Shown here: positions 8,722 to 19,600 of the stretch, piece by piece
Position numbering within the stretch: the stretch's first letter is position 1
Layout: each line of letters opens with the position of its first letter
DNA from: an uncultured bacterium
GTDB taxonomy: Bacteria > Patescibacteriota > Minisyncoccia > Phycocordibacterales > GWA1-40-21
Length of the DNA: 32,897 nt
Assembly: GCA_903831305.1 (NCBI GenBank)
Contig: CAIKXE010000009.1
Span: forward strand, 1 to 32,897
Direction: 5' to 3'
Program-made: the position numbers and the translations under genes
The notes under the pieces: generated by a model
Databases searched by the model: none
What the model was told of the DNA's origin: nothing
Seen by the model: the letters and a program-made list of their open reading frames with translations, nothing else

Positions 8722-9840
8722 CTATATTTTGAATTCAATCACATCACCATCCTTTACAATATAGTCTTTTCCTTCAGTGCGGAGCAAGCCTTTCTCCCGA
8801 GCCAAACCATAAGAACCCGCTTCAATGAGCTTGCTCCACGGAATCACCTCGGCCCTCACAAATTTCTCCTTAAAATCCATATGAATAGCCGTGCCAGCCT
8901 CAGGGGCCGTCGCTCCACTCCGTATAGTCCAAGCTCGGCTCTCATCCTCACCGGTGGTAAAATAGGTTTGCAGACCGAGCAAGTCATAACCCGCTTTGAT
9001 CAAATCATTTATTCCATCATCTCCAAGTGAACCATGGTTCACTTCAGGTTGGAGAGCTTGTCGCATTTCTGTCTTCTCCGCACCTTCAAAATCCTTTAGT
9101 TCATTTTCTATTCCCGCGTCCACCATGACGTATTTAGAATCTGTTTCCTTAAAAAATTGCTGTAGCTTGGCCCAACGTGGATCATTCATCTCATCCAAAT
9201 TTTTACCGCCAGATTTTTTATTTAAAACATATAAAATAGGCTTCATACTAATCAAGCAAAGTTTCTTGGCCTCCACCAGCTCAAATTCATCAAGCTCTGC
9301 CTCCCGGGCCAACCGCCCTTCATCCAATAACTTTTTTATTTTTGTCAGTGCCGAATTTTCAATCACCGCTGTTTTACTGCCTTTTTTCATCTCGCTGACC
9401 AGGCTCTGCAACCGCTTTGAAGCGCTTTGTAAATCAGCCAAAATGAGTTCTAGATTAATGGTCTCAATATCTGACAGTGGGTCCACCGTATTAGCCACAT
9501 GAATAATATTGTCATCTTCAAAAATGCGTACCACTTCCGCAATAGCATCCGTCTCCCGGATGTTAGTTAGGAATTTATTACCCAGGCCCTCTCCGGCGGA
9601 AGCGCCTTTAACTAGTCCAGCAATATCTACAAACTCCACCGCCGCCGGTATTGTTTTAGCTGATTTTGAAAACTCTGATAGCTTCCATAATCTATCATCT
9701 GGCACCGCCACCACCCCCACAGACGGATCAATAGTACAAAAGGGATAATTCTCACACGGTACGGCCTTGCGCGTCAGCGCGTTAAATAAGGTGCTTTTCC
9801 CCACGTTTGGCAGACCCACGATTCCTATTGATGTACCCAT
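8722..9840 (-). CDS. ychF: Redox-regulated ribosome-binding ATPase YchF
   Basis: [71 protein letters not shown]. Confidence 0.97.
   Translation of the reverse strand: MGTSIGIVGLPNVGKSTLFNALTRKAVPCENYPFCTIDPSVGVVAVPDDRLWKLSEFSKSAKTIPAAVEFVDIAGLVKGASAGEGLGNKFLTNIRETDAIAEVVRIFEDDNIIHVANTVDPLSDIETINLELILADLQSASKRLQSLVSEMKKGSKTAVIENSALTKIKKLLDEGRLAREAELDEFELVEAKKLCLISMKPILYVLNKKSGGKNLDEMNDPRWAKLQQFFKETDSKYVMVDAGIENELKDFEGAEKTEMRQALQPEVNHGSLGDDGINDLIKAGYDLLGLQTYFTTGEDESRAWTIRSGATAPEAGTAIHMDFKEKFVRAEVIPWSKLIEAGSYGLAREKGLLRTEGKDYIVKDGDVIEFKI
9025..9044. repeat. Perfect 20-bp palindrome inside ychF
   Basis: AAGTGAACCATGGTTCACTT equals its own reverse complement; it encodes EVNHGSL. Confidence 0.8.
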
Positions 9841-9888
9841 AGTATATAAGATACTTTAAAATAACTCAAAAGTAAAATTAAAGAACTA

Positions 9889-10263
9889 CTATAATCCAAG
9901 AACCTTATTTATCTTCAAGGCAAATTTCTTGGGAGTTCCAACTATTTTCTCCCAGATTTCCGTCACTCCCAGACTATTTAACTCCGCTATCACCCTGGTA
10001 AGCATTGAATTAGTAAAGGCAACCACCAAAACATCTTTAATATCCTCTTCCTTACGAATCGTCTTTAAAACATCAAATCCGCTTATATCTGTCATTATCA
10101 AGTCTAAGAGAATAATATCCGGCTTTATCTCACGAATACGCTCAACCACTTTGGCTGGGTTACTTTCTGTATAAAACTCAACATTCGGAGCATTTATAGC
10201 AAAAGACATTTTATAGAGTTCCAGCTGTTCCTTATCATCATCAATATATAATAATTTTTTCAT
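9889..10263 (-). CDS. Single-domain response regulator (receiver domain only)
   Basis: IDDD, PDIILLDLIM (phospho-acceptor Asp), GFDVL, FTN, EK. Confidence 0.92.
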   Translation of the reverse strand: MKKLLYIDDDKEQLELYKMSFAINAPNVEFYTESNPAKVVERIREIKPDIILLDLIMTDISGFDVLKTIRKEEDIKDVLVVAFTNSMLTRVIAELNSLGVTEIWEKIVGTPKKFALKINKVLGL

Positions 10264-10318
10264 ATGTTTTCTTGCCCGATCAAATTCAGATTTGATTTAG
10301 GGTAATTATTCTGATAAA

Positions 10319-11956
10319 TTAACTCTGCTTAGCAATTGGTAATTTAATATAAAATGTTGTCCCTTTATTAATAACAGATTCAAACCAAATCCGTCCACCC
10401 GGGTGGGCTTCAACAATCTTCTTAGCAATAAACAGGCCTAGGCCCGTCCCATAGGCATGAACATCAACCGCATTCTTGGCCCGGACAAACTTTTCAAATA
10501 GCTGACTGGCCTGATCCGCAGGTATGCCGATACCGCTATCAATTATCTTGCAAATAAAGTTACTACTGTCCTTGCTTATGTCCACTGTGACAAAACCCCC
10601 TTCTCGGGAATATTTTATTCCGTTATCAATAATATTTTGCAGAGCATGTTTTAAAAAGGAGTCATCAGTCATAATGTTCAAGTTTTCTACATCTGACCCA
10701 GCCTTAAACTGGTAATTCAGCTTTTTGGCTTCGGCCAAACTAGTGAGGTCAGTAAATATTCCTTTTACCAGCAAAACCAAATTAACCGGTTTGACTGTAC
10801 CTGGGGCAAAAGTAAAATTATCCATATCAAGCTCTGCTGCCTTCAAAATGTCATTCAAAATATCCGCCAATTTCTCAGATTTTTCATAGATACCAGCAAT
10901 AAACTGATCTTTTTGTTCCTTAGGCGCGTCATCCAAATCCCCCTCCTTTAGCATTGAGGCCATACCTCTTATCACAGAAACGGGGGTTCGTAGCTGATGA
11001 GACACAATGTCAATGAATTCTGACTTTATTTTAAGCAAGTGTTCAATCTCTTCCTTCTGTCTGATTTCCTTCTTAACGCTACGAACGATCATCCATCCAA
11101 CAAAGGAAAAGACAATTAAAGTAATCCCAGTCAAAACTCGATTTACATTCGTCTGAATAAAGAAAAACTGTGACCCAATCAGAATCGCCGACGCCCAGAC
11201 TAAGGCCTGAGTAGCAATAAGCTTAACATCGAACGTTTTGAACCTAATTATCGCATAAGTCAGAAAAATCATAAAAATATTCATACCAAACAAACCGTAA
11301 AATTCTATGTAGTAATTATCCAAATAAGTAGCAATAAAACCTAGGGAGGTGAATGAAAGTAAAAATAACTCTAAGCCAATAGAGATGAGAATTATTTCTC
11401 TCCTAAAATCTTTTTCGGCTTTCCTCCAACCCAAGATTGATAACAGTAAAATACCGAACATGATCAAATAACCTAGAAGGTAATAGTAATTCGTAAAGTA
11501 AAAACCTTCTGCGGCCTCGCAATTCACTACATCAAAGTGAGCGAGGTTGTAAATAGTTGGTGTTAAAAATATTATCGGTAGAAGCGTTAGAGAAATTATA
11601 GTTTTGCCGATAAATGGCATATCCTTTTTAAAAATAAAAACATAGAAAAAATAGAAACAGGTTACCTCAATTAGTCCAGCCGCTATTCCTAAAAGTGACC
11701 AAGCAACCATTGTCAGCACGCTGCTTGTACTCATCCAAGTAATCAAATCCAGCAATACCCAAAGGGAAAATAGGGCAGAAATCACAAAAAGGATCTTACT
11801 GAGAAAAAGTCTGCTTCTATACAGCACAACAATACCAACAGATAGAGCCACTACGACCGAAGGGACACAAACATACCATACCAATGACACTATATTTAAA
11901 TTGCTGTGGATATAGTCGTAACACGTTTGAAGATTGGTGACCAGGTTGAATTCCAT
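10319..11956 (-). CDS. Membrane sensor histidine kinase (multi-TM, HisKA_7TM-like, plus HisKA and HATPase)
   Basis: SHQLRTP H-box, NIIDNGIKYS N-box, DSGIGIP, GTGLGL, GTTF. Start re-called to ATG 11956 (MEFNL), which removes the overlap with the upstream gene and has TATAAT 6 nt upstream. Confidence 0.92.
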   Translation of the reverse strand: MEFNLVTNLQTCYDYIHSNLNIVSLVWYVCVPSVVVALSVGIVVLYRSRLFLSKILFVISALFSLWVLLDLITWMSTSSVLTMVAWSLLGIAAGLIEVTCFYFFYVFIFKKDMPFIGKTIISLTLLPIIFLTPTIYNLAHFDVVNCEAAEGFYFTNYYYLLGYLIMFGILLLSILGWRKAEKDFRREIILISIGLELFLLSFTSLGFIATYLDNYYIEFYGLFGMNIFMIFLTYAIIRFKTFDVKLIATQALVWASAILIGSQFFFIQTNVNRVLTGITLIVFSFVGWMIVRSVKKEIRQKEEIEHLLKIKSEFIDIVSHQLRTPVSVIRGMASMLKEGDLDDAPKEQKDQFIAGIYEKSEKLADILNDILKAAELDMDNFTFAPGTVKPVNLVLLVKGIFTDLTSLAEAKKLNYQFKAGSDVENLNIMTDDSFLKHALQNIIDNGIKYSREGGFVTVDISKDSSNFICKIIDSGIGIPADQASQLFEKFVRAKNAVDVHAYGTGLGLFIAKKIVEAHPGGRIWFESVINKGTTFYIKLPIAKQS

Positions 11957-11963
11957 TTGTTTA

Positions 11964-12716
11964 TTATATCTTATTTTTAAGATACTTGCTCGAATATGAG
12001 TCCCAATAAATATCATCCTCCGTTTCCTTTGGTAATAATCGGACTACAAGCGGCTTAATTTTGAAGACACCAAAAATACGCTCAAAGGCTGGAACTACGA
12101 CCTTATGAGTGAAATCTTTCTCTCTTCCGCTTTCTAGAAAGTTCTCAAATAGAATTCCATTTCTGATAAATAAGGCTAGAAAATAAACATAAAACTTTTC
12201 CGGGTTACAATCATATTTTCTCAGCCAATCAGAAAAGTCATAAATTTTGTTTCCGATATCTTTTTCTTGCTCGTTAAACAATTTATGATGAAAATCGGCT
12301 AAGCACTCTCCTCCCAGCGTCTTTATCTCCTTTATTCTCTTACCATTTGACTTATTGAAATCAATGACTAATTCCGTAACAATTTCCTTTCCTCCTCTTT
12401 TGCCAACTTTTCCCTCAAAGAACATCTTTCCCAAATGGTACTTTGAGGTGTTCTCTGGAGTAAAAATATCATCGGTAAACTCAGAGATGACATATTCCAA
12501 ACCGATTTTATTTACTAGTTCCTTGAAGAGAAAAAACTCAAAATTCGGACTCGCCACATGCCTGGCTAAATATGCTTTAGGACTGTCCAGGAGAAAATCC
12601 GGAATATCTCCACCTAAAAAATCATCCACTTTTTTCTTCAGCTCCTTGTCTTCCCATCTTCGCTGTATTTCTTCCTTCGCTTCTTCGAGCGGTGTATAGA
12701 TGTCATCCAGATTCAT
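11964..12716 (-). CDS. Hypothetical soluble protein, possibly an enzyme
   Basis: 250 aa ORF with host-like codon usage, 7 nt from the kinase start; no motif I can name. Confidence 0.8.
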   Translation of the reverse strand: MNLDDIYTPLEEAKEEIQRRWEDKELKKKVDDFLGGDIPDFLLDSPKAYLARHVASPNFEFFLFKELVNKIGLEYVISEFTDDIFTPENTSKYHLGKMFFEGKVGKRGGKEIVTELVIDFNKSNGKRIKEIKTLGGECLADFHHKLFNEQEKDIGNKIYDFSDWLRKYDCNPEKFYVYFLALFIRNGILFENFLESGREKDFTHKVVVPAFERIFGVFKIKPLVVRLLPKETEDDIYWDSYSSKYLKNKI

Positions 12717-12779
12717 ATTGGGTATTATATACCTTTTTTAGCCAAAAACTAGAGCTAGGGAAAAATTTAATTCAAAAAT

Positions 12780-12800
12780 AAAAGGTTCCTGCCACCTTTT
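12780..12800. repeat. Short imperfect palindrome (REP-like)
   Basis: AAAAGGT-TCCTGCC-ACCTTTT in the intergenic gap. Confidence 0.35.
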
Positions 12801-12813
12801 TCCATAATCTTCC

Positions 12814-13392
12814 TTACAACAGGTTGCGTTTGGACGTGATTTCTTCGATATCTCCCTTAGCCAAGTACTTTGGAATTTTTTCCCATTCTTCCAATACTTT
12901 TTCTTTCCCCATCTCACTACTGAACCAATTATCTCTGGTAAAACCGTAAATATCGTAGCAAACAGGAATTAACTCAACAGTTTTCGGAAAATGCTTCTTA
13001 AGAGTCATCAATGCCCTTCGAGAATGGTAATGCTTAACTATAGAAATTATCTTCTTGATGTTGGAAAAACCAATCTCTTTTTCTATTTTTTCTTTTGAAA
13101 ATAATACGTTCTCTAGAGAGTTTAGCGATTTATTCTCTAAGATCAGATCTTCTTTCCTAACACCCATTTTTAACAATTCCTTCGCCATTTCTTCGCACTC
13201 GTTCTGTCCCGTAGTTTTATTTATCCCCCCGCTTAATAATATTTTTGGAGTAAGGTCATCTTTGTATAATTTGTACGCAACTTCAAGAGGTTCGTGGTGT
13301 CTGGTGCCGAATACCATGGCTATATCCGCTTTTTGAGGGCGGGATTCCAAAAAAATATAGTCGGTAATTTCCTTTATTTCATCTTTGTTCAT
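12814..13392 (-). CDS. YdcF/DUF218 (ElyC/SanA-like) family protein
   Basis: AMVFG, ILLSGG, ECEEMA..L.KMGV, LENKSLNSLENVLFS, HYHSRRA. Confidence 0.88.
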   Translation of the reverse strand: MNKDEIKEITDYIFLESRPQKADIAMVFGTRHHEPLEVAYKLYKDDLTPKILLSGGINKTTGQNECEEMAKELLKMGVRKEDLILENKSLNSLENVLFSKEKIEKEIGFSNIKKIISIVKHYHSRRALMTLKKHFPKTVELIPVCYDIYGFTRDNWFSSEMGKEKVLEEWEKIPKYLAKGDIEEITSKRNLL

Positions 13393-13521
13393 AAAAAATA
13401 TTTTTCTATTAAGAAAGGATGCCTTGAATGATTAAAGATTTAGCATAAAAGCTCATCCGCTTTTTTAATTCTATGTCTTCCTGCCTTTGTTGTATTTCCT
13501 ACTTAGCTTCTTCGAAGTATA

Positions 13522-13899
13522 TTATTGATATATGGGGGTTGAGAGAGATAAGCATTTCTCACCTTCATCCAACGTGTCAGCCGAACAATAAGTGACCGTG
13601 CATCCTTTCTCTCCGTCTGTGCAAACTAAAGGATTGCAACCCTCCACCGCTGGGTCACAGAGTTCAAGATTGGAAGCCTTCTTTTCGACTTTTTTGTAAT
13701 ATTCTACATTCGCTGGATCACAAGTATCGTCACCTTCCGCACAAGGTAAGTAAAAACAGGATTCCGTACTTGGATCACAAGAAGCCTGGGCAGATACTAA
13801 ATAATCCTTTTTAACCCCATACATATAAACCGTCACACTAATAGTGCCAATCAAAAGTAAGAGAAAAACTGTCAGCAAGATTTTTGATTTCCGATCCAT
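13522..13899 (-). CDS. Small membrane-anchored cysteine-rich protein
   Basis: N-terminal TM, then ten Cys with CDP repeated three times. Confidence 0.8.
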   Translation of the reverse strand: MDRKSKILLTVFLLLLIGTISVTVYMYGVKKDYLVSAQASCDPSTESCFYLPCAEGDDTCDPANVEYYKKVEKKASNLELCDPAVEGCNPLVCTDGEKGCTVTYCSADTLDEGEKCLSLSTPIYQ

Positions 13900-13912
13900 G
13901 ACAATTATTATA

Positions 13913-14524
13913 TCAGAAAAAAACTAAAATAGCTCTAATAATCGTAATTATGACCTGCATAAGCAAACTCCAGCCCAAACAGCCAAAAATGGTGCTGAAA
14001 ACAAAGATAAAGTAGTCCCGCCGGTCCAGCTTCTCAAAGGAGCCGTGACGGAGGAAAATAGTAGTGATAAAAGAATCCTGCCAGACGGATAGGGTCACAA
14101 AAGCAAAGACATCATTCTTATTAAGCAACCAAATCATAAATTGCAGAAGCTTGGCCGGGAGGTACAGACTGAATCTTTTAATCAGGTTCTCATGATTACT
14201 AACTTGATGGACCCACAGATGACCTTTAGCTTTCAGAGCCTCCACTTCACTCACTCCAAACCAATCAACCTTCTTCCGATGATACCAAAACAGGATAATA
14301 AAGTTATTGATCAAAGCCATAATGATTAAAACCAAAATGCCGTAAAATCCGTAGAGGGACTGCAGTACCGGCCAGAGTACAAAATCAACGGAGAAATTAT
14401 AGGCCTCGTATATCCCCCACCCAGACATCACCTGAGCGGTCCGCTTTAGGTTTTTGGATATTAGAAAGATGATTATTCCGAGAATAACCAGACCCGTGAT
14501 GATGATTGTAATATCTTGTGACAT
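13913..14524 (-). CDS. Hypothetical membrane protein
   Basis: 203 aa with several hydrophobic segments. Confidence 0.75.
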   Translation of the reverse strand: MSQDITIIITGLVILGIIIFLISKNLKRTAQVMSGWGIYEAYNFSVDFVLWPVLQSLYGFYGILVLIIMALINNFIILFWYHRKKVDWFGVSEVEALKAKGHLWVHQVSNHENLIKRFSLYLPAKLLQFMIWLLNKNDVFAFVTLSVWQDSFITTIFLRHGSFEKLDRRDYFIFVFSTIFGCLGWSLLMQVIITIIRAILVFF

Positions 14525-14545
14525 TTATAGACTGTACAACTGCAA

Positions 14546-15385
14546 TTAAAATAAGCAAGCCAATATACTACTCAGTTCTTGTTTTGTACACTCTACACCT
14601 GGTGATTCAAAACTTGAGCGTGCGGCGCCATGCCAATCACTACCGGCTGTTGCCAACAATTTATATTTCCGGCTAAGACGTAAAAGACCACTTACTTCTT
14701 CTTTTGTATGTTTGGGATTATAGACTTCAATTCCCTTCAAACCAAATCTTTTAAAACTTTTAAGAGTATTTTCAAATTTCTTTTGGTCCTTTGAAAAGAG
14801 ACGACCTGGATGGGCAAGTACAGCAATACCACAGGAATCAGTAATAAGATTAATTGCCTCCAAGGGAGAGAGCATCCAGTCAGATTCCTCTTCAACAAAA
14901 GCCTCTCTAGACAATTCCTTTATTGTTGCTTTTGACTTAAGAAACTTTTTTAACTCAACTGCTATGGTGTTTCTACTAATATAGACTTCTGGATTCCTTT
15001 TTTTAAGATCAAAATAATCCAAATTCAGTCCCCTATATTTATTATTTAATTTTTTAATTATCTTTTTAGCCCTATCATTGTAGCCTTTCATCGTTTTATC
15101 TAACCCAACATTTAATCTATGCGTATCAAACTCTTCTGAATAACCTAAAATATGAAAAGATGTTCCCGTCTTATTGTCGAAGGAAGATACTTCAACCCCT
15201 TGTATAAACTTCACTCCACCTTTTTTAATCTTATGCAAAAGATTTTCAGATAACTTATGAATATAATTATGATCAGTAACGGAGAAAACTGCTATTTTAG
15301 TCTTAGTGACGAGTCGAAATAATTTGTCCAGGTTATCCTGTCCGTCAGAATAGTTTGAATGCAAATGTAAATCAATTAGCGGCAT
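14546..15385 (-). CDS. PHP-domain phosphoesterase (TrpH/YciV-like)
   Basis: DLHLHSNYSDG, VTDHN, GVEVS, HILGY, LAHP, GIEVY, GSDWHG. Start re-called to ATG 15385 (MPLIDLH). Confidence 0.92.
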   Translation of the reverse strand: MPLIDLHLHSNYSDGQDNLDKLFRLVTKTKIAVFSVTDHNYIHKLSENLLHKIKKGGVKFIQGVEVSSFDNKTGTSFHILGYSEEFDTHRLNVGLDKTMKGYNDRAKKIIKKLNNKYRGLNLDYFDLKKRNPEVYISRNTIAVELKKFLKSKATIKELSREAFVEEESDWMLSPLEAINLITDSCGIAVLAHPGRLFSKDQKKFENTLKSFKRFGLKGIEVYNPKHTKEEVSGLLRLSRKYKLLATAGSDWHGAARSSFESPGVECTKQELSSILACLF

Positions 15386-15409
15386 AGTTTTAAATAGTTT
15401 AAACGACAA

Positions 15410-15439
15410 CCCCCACTGTCATATCTTAACAGCGGGGGT
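15410..15439 (-). terminator. GC-rich hairpin between the NTase and PHP genes
   Basis: Minus strand ACCCCCGCTGT-9 nt-ACAGTGGGGGT with one G.U pair; the following U-tract is weak. Confidence 0.4.
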
Positions 15440-15459
15440 AAAAAACATCAAGAGCCAGT

Positions 15460-16218
15460 CTACGAGGTCGGTAGGTGGTCACAAGTCGCCTGGTACAGGT
15501 GAGCACTCTCCTGATTGAAAACCAGAGCGGCAAGACTCTCATACCAGGACATCAACAAGAGGCCCTTCTCAAAGTCAAAGGAACGCTTGCAGCCACGAAG
15601 GAAAGCTCTGGCAGGCTTGGAATCGACACCGTATGTTCGATCCAACGCCTCAAAGCATCCATCGATGTCTGATGGGGAGCTCAAGTATTCCGTCTTGTTC
15701 TGACAAGCATAGAACGTCAGGGCATTCCCTGCTCCGTGCAATAGCTTGCTGACAAAGATCCGGCCACTCTCCCCCTGCAAGGACCGAACGAGTTGCCGTC
15801 TGCAAATCGTCCGATTGTCATGTATGACGTAGGCGGTTAAGTCAGCGAACGAAAACATCCGTTCGTTCTTGGTTATGGGCAGTACAGAGAACTCACCCTT
15901 AACCAACACTCCCGATACTAGCGACGGGTTGTAGCGTGGATACCACAGTGGGGAACGTAAGTCGTCGAGCTCGTCGATGGTGTGAGGCACGAGGTCGATA
16001 TCATTACCTGTCGCCTCGACCAGTCGGTCACGCAGACTCAGCAAGAGCCTGTAGACGTTGCTGTCTACCACCCCGGAAACACTCGGGATGATAACCGCTA
16101 TGTCACAGTCGACCGACATCTCATCGCACAACCACGAACCGTACATCTTCGCCGACAAGACACAGTCAGACGCCACGAGAGTCTCACTGATCAGAGAAAG
16201 AGCGAGTTCCTTGTTCAC
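15460..16218 (-). CDS. Putative Pol-beta superfamily nucleotidyltransferase with a helical C-terminal domain
   Basis: MYGSW...VDCDIAVII (GS + DxD) and a later DIDLVPH. Start re-called to GTG 16218, which has AAGGAGG 8 nt upstream. Visibly more GC-rich than its neighbours. Confidence 0.7.
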   Translation of the reverse strand: MNKELALSLISETLVASDCVLSAKMYGSWLCDEMSVDCDIAVIIPSVSGVVDSNVYRLLLSLRDRLVEATGNDIDLVPHTIDELDDLRSPLWYPRYNPSLVSGVLVKGEFSVLPITKNERMFSFADLTAYVIHDNRTICRRQLVRSLQGESGRIFVSKLLHGAGNALTFYACQNKTEYLSSPSDIDGCFEALDRTYGVDSKPARAFLRGCKRSFDFEKGLLLMSWYESLAALVFNQESAHLYQATCDHLPTS

Positions 16219-16665
16219 AACAGCATCCTCCTTGTTGGTTTGTACTTTGCAGACTACCACGTCAGACACGGTCTTCTTTCCTACTCACCTACCTTTCATT
16301 ATTAATGGCCATTTCACCCCAAGATTTACATGGGGTATCTACAATTTAAGGTACCAGTTACACACTAAATTGTCAATGTTCGTCAAGATTGACAGACAGA
16401 AACAGAAAAAGACCTGATTATATGTCATTCTCAATTTTATCGTTTTTTCCTGCCAGCTTACCGCCAGGTAGAAACCCATAATCTACACCGGTCCGCAGCG
16501 GTGGAGGTATTTTTACCGTAAACTCAAGAGGGATGGCTAAATTATGGCTCAAATTATTACTGTAATCAGGTGGGGTTGTGTTCACTTCATGCCGATGGAT
16601 AATGACATCACTTAAAGATACCTAAAAAAACGACAAAAGTAAACTAAACAGAAAATAATCAAAAA

Positions 16666-19600
16666 TTAAACGGTGAAGCTCTTTCTGATAATACCATTTG
16701 AAGCATCAAATGGTTCTGAGGTAAATATTTCAGAATAACTCTCATCATCATTTTTCTTTTCAATTTTTACAAAATACTTTCCCTTAGGAACCAAACAGTA
16801 GTACCGGCCAATCTTGTCAGCCACCTTATTAGTAATCTGTACTTTAAGCTCGGCATCAAACACCCGAATAATAGCAAAGGAAAGTGGGCTACCATCTTTT
16901 TCAAGCAGTGTCCCCAGAGCTTTAAATTTTAGACCAAACTTTCTGACAATAGCTAATAAAAGATACAAGCCAAAAATGATTAGGTTATACGGTGCCGGTA
17001 CCAGAAAGATAGAAGCGACTGAGACCACAAAACCGACCCGGAAGGTCCAATCTGTAATCAGCCGGATCACCCTTTCACGCTTAGAATAAAACTTCATCAA
17101 TTTCTTCTTTCCCTTCACAAACTCGTTCCAGTCAAATTTGATTGGATCAATAGGGATATTTTTATTTATTAAAAGACTATCTCCTTCAAGCAAAAGTTCC
17201 TCACCAAAATAGAGATTATTATACATAGCGTCCTCCATCTGACCCTGCATCTTCTGTGAAGGAAAAGTATAATTTGTTTTACTGGCGGAAAGAATATATT
17301 TACCTGGAGTCACCAAAAAACCGTAACGACCATCCAAATCAGTGATGGAGGTATTCTCCTCCCCGGTACTAATATTTTTCAAAGTAACATAAGCAGGGTC
17401 AATCGGCTGTTTAGTCACACTATCATAAACCGTCCCCCAAGGGCGGTTTCTCTTTTTAAGCCCAAAGATACTCAAAAGCAATCCCCAGAGGCGAAACGGC
17501 ATTGATGCCAAGTCAATTAGCGATGTAGCAGCCAAACCACCGGACAAAACACCGACAGTGGCCACGACTTTAGTGACAGTACCGCCAGTCTGGCTTTCAA
17601 AAATCAGCTTAGCACCAGTAAATAATTTCTTAGTGCCAGAATTTATGGCGTCAACTAAAGCGTTTACCTCAACAATCTCTGATAACGAGGAATCTGTCTG
17701 ATTATCACTAGGTGAAATTACAGGTGATTCGGTAGGTGTGGGCAAAGTTGGTGACTCCGGAGTAACCGGAGCTGGTGTCACCGGTGGCGAGACTACTACC
17801 GGCGGAGTTGTTACTAAAGGGGGTAAAACAATAGGGGGAACGGTAACGACGGGTGGTGTATTAGTATGTCCTCCCCCACCTCCACCTGAACTATTGGTCA
17901 CAAAGGTCAAATCAGTGGAGGAAGAGGTGCCAGCTGAGTTCGTGGAAAAAGCCCGGAAGTGATATGTAGTACTAGGGTCAAGGCCAGTCACAGCAAAAGA
18001 ATAAGCACCAGTGCCATAAGAATCAGTGGTGGAAGTGGCGGTACCGTAAGCAGTAGTGAGGCCGTATTCAAAACCGCGGATAGTATTGTTTTCACCACCA
18101 GTATCCGTGATGTTACCATTTAGGGTGGCGAGGGTAGTGGTAATACTACTGGCGGCACTTACGGTGATGGTAGGAAGGACGATGACGGGAGGGAGGGCAT
18201 CCGTCACAAAGGTCAAATCAGTAGAGGAAGAGGTGCCAGCTGAGTTCGTGGAAAAAGCACGGAAGTGATATGTAGTACTAGGATCAAGGCCAGTCACAGC
18301 AAAAGAATAAGCACCGGTGCCATAAGAATCAGTAGTGGAAGTGGCGGTACCGTAAGCAGTAGTGAGACCGTATTCAAAACCGCGGATAGTATTGTTTTCA
18401 CCACCGGTATTAGTGATGTTACCATTTAGGGTAGCGAGGGTGGTGGTAATACTGGTAGCAGCACTTACGGTGATGGTAGGGAGTACGATGACGGGAGGAA
18501 CTACCACATTGTAACGGGAAAGATACACATGATTCCTAACACCATTTGATTGGACATAATCCATATAGACATTACCGGTAGTGGTAGAAACTACTAACTG
18601 AGGGGCACTAGCCGCATTGGCTGTACCAAGATCTATAGGATCCCCGTTCGCAAAGGTAGTAATCCAGGCTGAGGTGGTATTATCCCATATTTCAGCTCGA
18701 GTGCCATTATAACGAGAGAGGTAGATATGCCCAGCCTGGGCAAAGGTCACATAGACAATACCACTTGAGTCCACCCCTATCTGAGGGACGCTAGCAGCGG
18801 AGGCAACGGCGCTAGCTATCGGGTCACCATTGGTGAAGGTAGTGGTCCAATTAGTAATACCGTTATCCCAAATTTCCGCATCAGTGCCGTTATAACGAGA
18901 AATAAATATATTATCAATCGCACCTGCGCCTTTTACATAAGTCACATAAACATTATTTGTTGAGTCAATAGCCACTTGTGGTGTGGCAGCATACTCAGCC
19001 AGACCGGTATCAATAGGATCACCAGCACCAAAGGTAGTAATCCAGCCTGGAGTCCCATTGTCCCAGATTTCTACATTAGTACCATTATAACGAGAAAGAT
19101 AAATATAAGGTTGAGCACCATTATACTGAGCAAAAGCCACATACACTTTGCCCGTAGAATCCACCGCCAAATCATAACCGTTACCATTGATATTACTGGC
19201 TGTACCAGTATCTATCGGGTCACCGTTCGCAAAGGTAGTAGTCCAGCCCGCCGGTGCATCATTGTTCCAAATTTCAGCATTAGTGCCGTTATAACGGGAT
19301 AGATAGAGGTGCATTATACTCCCAGCATTATATTTAACAAAAGCCACATAGACTTTGCCGGTAGAGTCCACCGCAATCTTAGAACTTCCGGCACCAGTAG
19401 TTATACCGGTATCGATCGGGTCACCATTGGTAAAGGTAGTGGTCCAATTAGTAATACCGTTATCCCAAATTCTAACATCCGTCCCATTATAACGAGAAAG
19501 AAAAATGTGGACATGACCACCAGGAGCGGCGTCAGCCGTGTAAGTTACATAAACATTATTTGAGGAATCAATAGCGATCTGTGGACTAGCCGAAAAAAGC

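Noticed and set aside
17897-18498. Near-identical repeat pair as a DGR template/variable repeat
   Set aside because: Both copies are in frame in the same gene, the differences are mostly synonymous and not adenine-specific, and there is no reverse transcriptase in the window.
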